Shown here: in pieces, positions 11,654-22,199 of the stretch | Numbering within the stretch: position 1 is the stretch's first letter | Layout: every line of letters starts with the position of its first letter | Source of the DNA: Lama guanicoe | Lineage: Eukaryota | Direction of reading: 5' to 3' | Assembly: GCA_013239625.1 (NCBI GenBank) | Contig: MU054400.1 | Location: 2,267,345 to 2,328,734, forward strand | Length of the DNA stretch: 61,390 nucleotides | The notes under the pieces: model-generated | The model's input: the letters and a program-made list of their open reading frames with translations, nothing else | Database searches by the model: none | Told to the model about the DNA's origin: nothing | Translations under genes and position numbers: made by a program

Positions 11654-12041
11654 TTAGAGACAAGTGTTTATGACATACTTTCAAAAATATCTGTATTATC
11701 TTGTACTTTCAGTGACCATAAAGAGCATTAACTTTGTACAACTTACTGACTTTGCTTTATTAATGTCCCTCCAACTAGTGTAGATTTGGATTATAATGTA
11801 TCTACAACACTAACCACCATTTCCTTTAATGAAGGAATCAAGGGCTCAGAACCCTTCTAACTGCTTTTAATAGTACTGAGTATCATTTGACAAGACTCAA
11901 ACTGCAAAATGATATCTCACTGAAGTCCTTAAAACACAATTTTAATCCTAAAATGGAATATTTTTGTTAAAACCTTTTACTTAAAGTCAGGGAACTTAAA
12001 ATGACTCATCAAATACCCTTTGTAATATTAAAGATACTTAC

Positions 12042-12124
12042 ATCTTTGGGAATAGTTACTTGTGTAGTAATAATAGGTCCACCAAGATCACCATATGAGC
12101 CACGACCCCCTGCATAGGAATAAT
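12042..12124 (-). CDS. HNRNPK: HNRNPK exon 15
   Basis: (D)[30 protein letters not shown]|...|GTAAGT; 83 nt. Confidence 0.97.
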
Positions 12125-12200
12125 CTGATTTAAATAATGAGCATTAAGTTCATTTAGAAAGCATGAAATAATGTTTGATTTCACAAAGGAGAAAACTTAC

Positions 12201-12216
12201 CATATCCAGAGCCACC
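12201..12216 (-). CDS. HNRNPK: HNRNPK exon 14 (16-nt microexon)
   Basis: TTTTTAG|GGTGGCTCTGGATATG|GTAAGT = GGSGY(D); needed to keep frame. Confidence 0.95.
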
Positions 12217-12477
12217 CTAAAAAACAAAACAAAACAAAACAAAAAAACAGGAAAAAAAAGATTATTTTGCCTCAAAACTTCAGGTATTTTAACATTCCTA
12301 TAACCCCTCAGTTTAGGATACCACAGCCTCCCATATCCTCCCTAGTAAATAAATTCCAGAAGACAATCCTTAGGGGAAGAAACCATACAGGTACACAGCA
12401 TTCCAAGAAACAAAAACGTTACATATGGGTAAATAAAACACTTAACTGATGAGTAAGCAAGCATCTTAAAACTGTTA

Positions 12478-12612
<135 letters not shown>

Positions 12613-12875
12613 CTATTAACATGAACCTGTCTCTATTCATCAAGGACACTATATTTATGACCAATTTCTATTTCATATCTTTATAAAATACATAAATTGG
12701 CAAAACCCACAAATCTGGGAGGAAACAAAGATGGATTAATAGCCTTAATATTCCAGCAAAAAAAAAAAAAAAAAAGTAGCTACCTAAAAAAAAAAAAAAA
12801 GTCTGCTTGTGAAACTCTTCAGTAATAGTATCTTCAACAAAAAATGTTAACTACCTGACTTTAAGACCCCTTTTA

Positions 12876-13019
<144 letters not shown>

Positions 13020-13108
13020 TCACATACATCAAACAAAAAAAAAATGTACCCCCTTCACCTGTGAAGTACAGCTTTATGTATGTTAATAATGTGAGTGAAA
13101 GAAACTTA

Positions 13109-13504
<396 letters not shown>

Positions 13505-14040
13505 TTATTTCTGAGGTACTTGACACCAGGATAGGAATAGGCAAATATAATAGGAAGAATTTTAAAAATGTACTATTTTTGGTGAGCCCCAAACAAAAAA
13601 GTTGAGTCTTAGTGCTTGTGAGGTTAAGATTAATAGCTTGATTTTACCCTTAGATCTTAAGAGATCACAAAACCTCTTTCACATTTCACAATGGGGAATT
13701 ACGAAGCTCTGACCACCCTGAGGGGATCAGTATCCTGGATAAGCCTGTAACCTATAGTGAGGCACAGTACTTGGGAAGCTGTGCAATGTAGCACTATAGA
13801 ACCATAGAAACTTCGTTTCAAGGACCAAAAGCTATTAAAATTATCTCACCTAACATTAAAAAAAATCCACTCTCCAGATTCTCCTCTAGTATTTTTAATT
13901 TAAAGTGATAACAAAAGCATAGTGATAGAAAACTGTTAGGGAAAGGATAAACAAAATCTATTTGCCTCAATGTTTTGAGACTACTCTTGAATAAAACATG
14001 TTTTATGAAATTAAATATAAATGAAGTGTTCTGAAGGTAC

Positions 14041-14169
14041 CTCTGATATAAGATCAAGGATGATCTTTATGCACTCTACAACCCTATCAGGTTTTCCTCC
14101 AATAAGAACAACTCTGTCAGTGGACTGAGGACAGCATTCCTGGAAAAGCTTGATTGTTGTCTGAGTGTT
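14041..14169 (-). CDS. HNRNPK: HNRNPK exon 10 (KH2 C-half)
   Basis: [43 protein letters not shown]; 129 nt; weak donor GAG|GTACCT. Confidence 0.96.
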
Positions 14170-14470
14170 CTGTAATAAGTTCACAAAAGCAGCATTAATC
14201 AATCAGAAAAAAACAAATGCACCGAAAAACCCAGGGTTCAGGTAAATTAACATTTATGTTTCAGTAATTCCCCTCACAAAAAACCTTCTTAAGTAAGGGA
14301 TAGGACTTTGCAATGACACAAAAATTTTGGCAAAATAACTTCTCTAGCGTGGCCAGGTTTTTTGGGTTATATTTCAATTAGCAATCTAGTTAAATATGGA
14401 AGTGATGAGGAATCTTAGGGGAAGACACTCAAAAGGGGGAGGGAGTGAGAAGCCCACCAAACCAAATCTA

Positions 14471-14662
<192 letters not shown>

Positions 14663-15139
14663 TTAGACTCAAATCAAGATACCCCAAGAATACACACTTA
14701 TCTGCTATAAGCATAACAATATACTGTTGCAGTGAGCAACCTGAATTTATATTTCAATAACTTTACCAGTTATGTGCTTATTATCCTCAATAGCCAGGCC
14801 CAAAAAGGACATTCTGCACCACCTTAAAAAACTATTTTATTTTCAGGTCCTGCAACACCATACCCACACTGCAGCCATTTAGCATGTCGCTGTTACCACA
14901 AAATTATTATTAACATTCAAATAACACCATAATAAAAATGACTGCAAAGCACTTTGCAAATGTAGTTAATTCCCACTGCAGCATGGAGCAGGGTCAACAG
15001 TGAGTTGTAAGACCATTAATTTATCATGTTTTTAAGCCTTTTTCTATAGAGATGGGAAAAGTACACTATGTTGAAAATAAAATTGATCCTATGGGCCAGG
15101 CTCCATACTTCAGTGGGGTTCAATGGCACTATGACATAC

Positions 15140-15211
15140 ATTTAAGCATTCCACAGCATCAGATTCGAGCGGGAGCTGGCTGGTTGCAGTGGGTGATGGC
15201 AACTGCAGGCC
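15140..15211 (-). CDS. HNRNPK: HNRNPK exon 8 (72-nt frame-preserving exon, skippable)
   Basis: [30 protein letters not shown]|...|GTATGT; phase 0-0. Confidence 0.96.
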
Positions 15212-15731
15212 CTGAAAGTAGAAAAATAAGAGTAATAGGTTAAGTGTCTAGTGTGATCAGGCTATTGTCGCATATATTGGTAAAGCTACTACAACATAAT
15301 TCACAACTGTCATTAAGTAACAAACTGCTTATCTAGGCTAAAAATCAATGTACAAGGCTTTTCTCTATACATCTAGTAAACAATGGCATAGAATTGAAAA
15401 ATTCTCAAACTAGATTCATCCTTTCCAACACAGTCCCAGTCAATATTCTAACTTAAAACCTCCTCCAAAACTAAAGCCCATAAAATATACCCTAAACCCA
15501 TGAGAATGCATGACCACAGGTAGTTCCTATCTACTCCAGAGTGGCCAGACTACATTTTTTAAAACAAATAATATAGGTACAATATATTCCTGAACATTAC
15601 ACAGCAAAGGATTAAGACATTGCTGCTACAAAACTATTATACCCGTTGTCTCCCCATCTCTCCCATTATGCCCCTTTAAAACATCCTTAAGCACCCCCCA
15701 ATTGCCAAATACATTAAAAAAATGAGCCTAC

Positions 15732-15804
15732 CTCTTCCAAGGTAGGGATGATTTTCTTCAGAATTTCTCCAATTGTTTCAATATCAGCACTGATACTCAA
15801 TATG
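15732..15804 (-). CDS. HNRNPK: HNRNPK exon 7 (KH1 end)
   Basis: (R)ILSISADIETIGEILKKIIPTLEE; 73 nt. Confidence 0.97.
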
Positions 15805-16681
15805 CTGTCAAACATCACAAATACCAGATAGTACAAAAAAGGTGGAAAAGAAAAATGAGTTTTGTGTTCATCATCAGTAGTCATACAAACTTCTACAGAG
15901 AAGTAACATACAATTATTTAATAGTCCCCATTTAAAGTAGCCTATTTATACATTGTTCACATGCATTTTGTTTTATGCCCAATACAAACATGGTAACAAT
16001 ATTAGGAGACTTGCAGAGAGACAGAGAGAATGGGCTCTTGGAAGGGCTCAGATTAAGTGGGCAATAAATTGACCAGAACTGAAGCAGAGTTGAATATTTC
16101 TGTTCCCCGCCACCACTAAGTTAATTAAGGATACCCTCGCTGTTACATTGGTAAAACTGGCACACCTTCTCTTAGGCAAAGTGGGGAATATGCAAGTGGT
16201 GAACATTGTATTTGGAGTAAGGTTATGGATACCAGTTAGAAATTAGATCACTAATGGGCTCTGCAAGAAAACAAATACAAATGCGAGACAAAACAAAGAC
16301 AACACAAATGAGAAGTGAAGGAAAGTGAACCAGAGTTAGCATTTCATCAGAAAAAATTATGAACAGGCAATGTTGGGAAGCAAGGTGGGCCACAAAGACA
16401 GAGCGAGAGACTATTTCGGTAACAATTTGATTTACAATGCAGCAAATATGCAACACTTGAAGCTGTGCTCCTTCCATCGAAATAAAATTAGTGGATCGTT
16501 TGGGTGGGCAACTCACGGTAAAAGTTCAGTGACAAAAAGACTTAATGGGGAAAATAAGACAGAAACTTGAAAAACAATACACCGTCTAAAGGGGATACTA
16601 TTTAATTATATAAAAGGCAGGTAATAAAATACATTTCTCTCTTTCTATTCAGGCAGTGAGGCATAAACTGTTGGGACATAC

Positions 16682-16725
16682 CGCTCGGGGCCACTGCTGT
16701 CTGGGACTGAAACACTGGCATTGTA
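16682..16725 (-). CDS. HNRNPK: HNRNPK exon 6 (44 nt, KH1)
   Basis: YNASVSVPDSSGPE(R); ATGCAG|TAC...GCG|GTATGT; acceptor has no adjacent pyrimidine tract. Confidence 0.97.
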
Positions 16726-16727
16726 CT

Positions 16728-16994
16728 GCATTGGTCATTGGCGTTCGTGGATGTTGGCATTGGGCATGGGCATTCAATCAGAAGTTGTCAAGTATGGTAC
16801 CCGTTTGGCAACGAGCACATTTTTGGGCATAGCCAACCAGGGTTTTCACATGGGCGTTCAGGGGCGGATGGGCCAACGTCATGGTGGGCAACGCAGGGGT
16901 AAGTCGATCCAGTACATGGGCAACGGAGATATATGGCCAAAAAAACAAGGAGAGGGAAAAGGGGGAAAAGCAATAAATTTTAATTTAATACAAA
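16728..16994 (-). promoter_or_regulatory. AG-exclusion zone with distant polypyrimidine tract and GCCCA array upstream of HNRNPK exon 6
   Basis: No CT on + (AG on -) from 16728 to 16994; pyrimidine tract at ~16939-16970; seven GCCCA motifs. Confidence 0.85.
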
Positions 16995-18193
16995 CTATAC
17001 TCATACTCTCAATTAATGAAACAAGCTTAAGTTGTTCTGAAGACTAACACAATAATGGACTTCTCTATATCTGACTGTGGCTTAACATTTAAGGACCTTT
17101 AATGATGGTAACTAGTTTTTTTTTTTAAAAAAACAAACGATGTTTCAGTAGCAGGCTGGCTCATGAGGGTAGACACAAAACCTGTCATGACTCAAATTCT
17201 TGAGGAAAATGGGGAAATTAATAACCCAGATAATTATATAGAACATCTGGATTAAGAGGAAAGAGGTTTATAAAAGACAAAACAAAAATTCCCACACCAC
17301 CAAAAACCCTAGCTCTTAAAAGACTAGTTATTTTGGTTTCCTGGAAGTTTAAAACGCACTCCTAGATGCTAACAGGTAAGTTTGTAAAATTTAAACAAAT
17401 TTTCAAGTTCAGTTTACAGTAAAATCAAGAGGAACATACAGAGATCTGCGACCAAGAGAGAAATGAAATACTATCAAATCAGTATTCAACACAAAGCTAT
17501 CATTTGCCTCAACTTTAGCAAGAAAACATCAAGAGTGTGTACATGAGAAAAAAAATTTAGGAATTGTGGTGTAACCAAGTCCTACAAATAAACTCACTTC
17601 TGGTGATACTAACATTTACTGTGTCTAATCACAAGAGTCAACCCACTATAAAATATGAAGACTCAAACAAATCATTAGCATTGACAAACTGTTTCCCAGT
17701 TATAAAATGCCTACTCTATTTTTTATCCGTATTTAAACCATGCAACCTCAATTTCTTTGTACTCCATGTGTAAGCTGTTAAAGAATAGATGGACAAATTG
17801 AAAAAAAATTAAGAGAAATAAAAATTTCGGAGCTTAATCAGCCACCTGCAATGGTTTTCAGTAATACTGTATTTGATTCACACATGGGAAATGATGCAAT
17901 TAAGGGTTTTTTTATACCATTTGTTATTTCTAATTAAGATGTTATCTTGCTTTTAAGTGAATAATTTGGTGGAAAGTTAATTAGAAAGTGAAGAGAGGTT
18001 TAATACAGACACCCCTCCCCCAATTGAACTGTCTGGGCTTTGTTAAATCAGGAATGGCAAATCATCTATGTAATCAATTATTATAAAAGGCTTGTATCTA
18101 GACTATTAAATGATTTCTATGACGCTCATCTTTAAACTACAAACACATAAACTGAAGCTGCCTGTGTAGTAGTTTAAACTCTTTAATACTTAC

Positions 18194-18250
18194 GTCTGTA
18201 CGGAGAGCCTTAATATTCTTGCCTCCTTTCCCAATCACTGCCCCAGCATT
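18194..18250 (-). CDS. HNRNPK: HNRNPK exon 5 (KH1 GXXG loop)
   Basis: NAGAVIGKGGKNIKALRTD; CCAG|...|GTAAGT; 57 nt. Confidence 0.97.
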
Positions 18251-18897
18251 CTGGAGAAAATAATGAGATAAGACACTTATTTTATCTTTTCCTAAAATTA
18301 AGTTTCCCTATGCTCATAAGCTTTAGCCAAAACCAATCAAACAAACCCCATACAACTGTAATCTCTTTTTTTGGGAGTAATAAGGCTGAAAATCTATTTA
18401 GGGATCTCATAACATCAGGTTAATAAAAATTAAGTTTATGTGCTTTGAGGACTAAACCCCAAGACAGCTTAGAACTACTCAGAATGCCAGAAATACACTC
18501 AGATAAAACTTAAGCACTGGATCTAATTTTACAGTACCTTTGTAAAGTAGTAACTTATATACTTGTTAGTAGGTACCTTCACATTATGAGATAGTCAGGT
18601 AAGCTGCCAACCAAAGAATCCACAATGTAATCAAGATATAACCTTTAATCCACTAATGCTTTAAGGATTACCCACACCCATCTCCTAGTTTGACCTGTGC
18701 AATGGCTAGGTTTAGGGTTTTTATTTTAATTGTTAGCGAAATAAGTCATCACGGCCTAGAAAGTCTGTTCAGAAAGAACCACAGAAATCTTTTAGATTCC
18801 GCAGCCTGTGTGTAGACCAAATCTGAAGGCTTCCCAGAGGGCCCAATCAGAACTTAATTCCTACTTGAGTAAGAACCAGTTTCAAAAATAAAATTTA

Positions 18898-19005
<108 letters not shown>

Positions 19006-19396
19006 TTAACAGTTTAGGTTTCAAAGGAAGCACCAGCATCTTCAAGAAAGGCACCTTTAACCACATTTAAAAGTAACTTCATTCTGTTTTAAGAGATTTG
19101 TTGCTAATTTTATGGACTTTAAATATAATTCAAAGCATGCTCCCTTCCAATAACGTTTTTCTAAAACACAAGATACTGTTACCAAACAGTTCCAAAGATT
19201 AGAATTTCAAAATACTAGAAAAAGATTTTTATATATACTGTCTTTTTTAAAATCAAGTTTACAGTTAATGATACAAATGAGTTAGTTCTAGTTCCTAAAT
19301 AAAAGGCCAGGATGTAACTGACCGGGATCCCAAATTGAACAAATACCAAAATTAACAGTACAGAAAATGTATAAAGTTGTTAAAATGTCTTCTCAC

Positions 19397-19454
19397 CAAA
19401 TTCACCATTGGTTTCGGTGTTGGGAAAGGTTTCCTCTGGCTGTTCCGTTTCCAT
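19397..19454 (-). CDS. HNRNPK: HNRNPK first coding exon (exon 3; exon spans 19397-19481 including 5' UTR)
   Basis: ATG at 19454: METEQPEETFPNTETNGEF(G); donor TTG|GTGAGA; acceptor CAACAG| before 19481. Confidence 0.97.
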
Positions 19455-19589
19455 TTTCTCGTATTAAATGGACACACCAATCTGTTGAAAAATAGAAAGG
19501 CTAGTACGTTTGGCTTACTGGAAAATAATCTGTACATCTCACTAAATATTAAAAAAAAGGCAAGAAAGGACTCTGCTTCTAGAACATAC

Positions 19590-19666
19590 CAGTTATTATA
19601 TATCCTTGCAGAGCAGAACTCAAGTGTTCTGGGCGGGACCAACTGACACCCTAGTCCTGCAGTAGC
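19590..19666 (-). other. HNRNPK: HNRNPK non-coding exon 2
   Basis: TTTATAG|GCTACTGCAG...GGATATATAATAACTG|GTATGT; resembles the HNRNPK 5' UTR I recall. Confidence 0.85.
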
Positions 19667-20779
19667 CTATAAAAACCAACACAAATCAGTTTTGTTTTTT
19701 TCGGTTATTACTGAATACTAATGAACACCCATTTGAACACAACAAACAAAAGAGCTATTTTAAAAACTTGTTCCTTGGTTTTAGGGTCTTAAACTTCCAA
19801 ATGACTGCCTTAAAACACAAAAACACAAACCACAAGGACCATAATTGATTTTTTTCGATAAAAGGACAAACACTAATTTTTAGCCATTGGATCAAATCCA
19901 ATCACAGCAACTGGTTATTTTATATGATACATATACATAGAAGACCAGACATATGTGCGGCATTTAAGTCCAAGTTGCTCCCGAAAGTATAAATTTATGA
20001 AAAGGTAACAATGTTTATATTGGAATTTTAAATCGCTATGGGGTTTTCGTTTCTACTGGTGACTTGAAACAACATTCTCTTAACTCTTTACAGTTTACAG
20101 GTACAAAGGCAAATTCTAGGTATAGCCAACCGTCGGGTCTATCCACTGAAGGAATAAATCTGCAAACCTGATAGCGCAGCTCTAACTACCAGTACCACTC
20201 GACTCTCCAAAAGAGCCCTTGAACACCAATACTGTCACTAGCGGGGTATTTTAAATTACGTTAAAAAAAAAAAACCAGTATACCCTGACAGTTATACCTC
20301 CAATACCAGAGTGGTGATAGTCCTGCAAACAGCCTTTTAGCTCCCCCCACCTCGGGACTAGTAGGAGGCTACATGTGGTCCCTATAGAAAAAGAATAATA
20401 AATAGCTCAACAGCTTAACGCTAAAACTCATGCCAGTATTTATGCCTCCCACTCTTCCCTAATGTTTGTCGCTAAACCACTCTAATGACTAACTGAAACG
20501 CTAACCTTCTGGCACACTACTCAGTTAAATACTGAGGTGTGGTGGCAGATCCGGATAAAGTTTCAAGACAAATAGGCTGTTTCTAAGGATAACCAAATAT
20601 TCTTCAGGTCCTTCCGGCACCATCTCTCGGGCCGCGAAAATCACGAAGTACGTACGCGACCAGCCCGGAGCCACATGCCCTCCTCTCCCCAACACCCCAT
20701 ACCGGGATCCGCCACAGCCGAGTATCTGGAGCTGAACAAGCTCCCGCGGCGAGAGCACCAGCGCCGCACCTCTCCTCAC

Positions 20780-20830
20780 CCGGAGCCGACAGGAAATGGC
20801 GGCCCGCGTAATGGCGACTACGTGCTACTA
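20780..20830 (-). other. HNRNPK: Candidate third non-coding first exon of HNRNPK
   Basis: Two CGCCATT motifs followed by donor CGG|GTGAGG; start position is a guess. Confidence 0.45.
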
Positions 20831-21317
20831 GGCGGAGCCGAGTGCGGACCCCCTCCCCCACCCACCACGCGGTCCCGCGATCTCATCCCCCGCACCCTCC
20901 CCCACCGCGGGAGAGACAAAGCAACGGAGGCAGCCCGGCCGTCCCAGCTCGCCCGCTCCCGCTCCCGGCCGGGGGAGCCCGAGTGCAGCGGGACCCACAC
21001 AAAGAGAACGGCAGCGTGGTCCACCGCTCTCGGGGCCAGCCCGCCGGCAACCCCCTTACTACACTAGAGGCCTAGCTCCCAATACTACAACTCGTCCTAC
21101 CGGCAGAAGCCTCGCCACTTCCCGAAGCCTCTAGTACCACAAGGCGGACTGCGGATCTACGCTCAGGGAAATGGCGGAGGTGGGGGAGGGGAACCTCGGC
21201 AACGTTCCCTCCCAGAATCGGCCAACCCCCAAGCAGCCCCCAAACGCCTCCCTCAGGCGGAGAAACAGGCCTCGAGCCCTCGCCCCCACGCGCCGTCCGC
21301 CCAGCCCCACTCCTCAC

Positions 21318-21390
21318 CGGGCGAAGCTACAGCCCCTAAGCCGACGCGCCGCCTCAGCCGGTCACAGCTAGACAGAGAACGAGCGCAGGC
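21318..21390 (-). other. HNRNPK: HNRNPK alternative non-coding first exon (downstream)
   Basis: GCTCGTTCTCTGTCTAGCTGTGACCGGCTGAGGCGGCGCG...CCG|GTGAGG; resembles a recalled HNRNPK leader; two CCAAT boxes upstream. Confidence 0.75.
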
Positions 21391-21675
21391 CCCCGCCACC
21401 GTCCCCCGCCTCCCCGCGCTCGCCTACCCCGCCGCCGTGCCCGATTGGCTGCCCCGGCTTTAGCGGTGGCGCGAGGGCGAAGCGATTGGCCCAAGGCAGC
21501 ATCAATCAAGGCGCCGGAGGAGGGGACGGCCCCGCCCCCCACCGGCGCCTCCCTTCAGGCTGTAAGGCCGCGAAGGGCCCGAGAAACCCTGGCTTGGAAA
21601 AAGTCAACGGAGCCTTTAGGGAGGCCAAACCCCTATCCGAACCCATACTACTCAAGCCCCAATAACCCTAATTAC

Positions 21676-21815
21676 CTATAGGCCACAAACCAGCGGGACG
21701 TAGGCAAGACGTCGAGGTTGGTGCAGCAGAGAAACAGAGGATAATGGCGTCCGCAGTGCTTTCGCCTGGAGCGCCCTCCTCCTTTCTCGTTCGCGCACTC
21801 ACTAGCGGGGGGGAG
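21676..21815 (-). other. HNRNPK: HNRNPK non-coding first exon (upstream)
   Basis: GCTAGTGAGTGCGCGAACGAGAAAGGAGGAGGGCGCTCCAGG...GGCCTATAG|GTAATT; TSS approximate. Confidence 0.82.
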
Positions 21816-21959
21816 GGAGGGGAAACCTCTCGCGAGAACTGAAAGCTGTCTCGTTCACGCGCACAAGGAGGGGGCGGGGAAGGGGCGTCCTCAGGGCCCG
21901 GAGGAGTTTTCTGGATTTGGAGGAAGGGCGTGAGCGCGCGGCAAATCGGGCGGGAAGGA

Positions 21960-22199
21960 GCGAAACGAGTTAGGGCGCCCGCCGTGGCGGTTCCTGGTCT
22001 CACAGTCGCGCCGCCCGAGAACCGCTGTTGCGCGAGGGGAAGGCGGGACGCCCAGGTCGGTGCTAGGCCCAGACGAATGCCCCGTTTCCACAGTCCACAT
22101 TCGCTTCTCTCCCTCCCCGGTGCCCATCTCCCGCTCGGGCTGCGGGGTGAGCTGCGCGGCGGTAAGTGCAGCCCGCCCGCCGGCCCGGCCCATGCCGAG
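21960..22199 (+). other. RMI1: RMI1 non-coding 5' exon region; candidate donors after 22161 (GCG|GTAAGT) and 22199 (GAG|GTAACC)
   Basis: Plus-strand donor motifs in the CpG island divergent from HNRNPK; exact TSS and exon structure not resolvable. Confidence 0.55.

Noticed and set aside
16721..17047. 108-aa plus-strand ORF and 61-aa minus-strand ORF over the AG-free zone
   Set aside because: Better explained by the biased composition of the splicing element (no AG means no TAG stop on minus); no AG acceptor could bring the minus ORF into the mRNA
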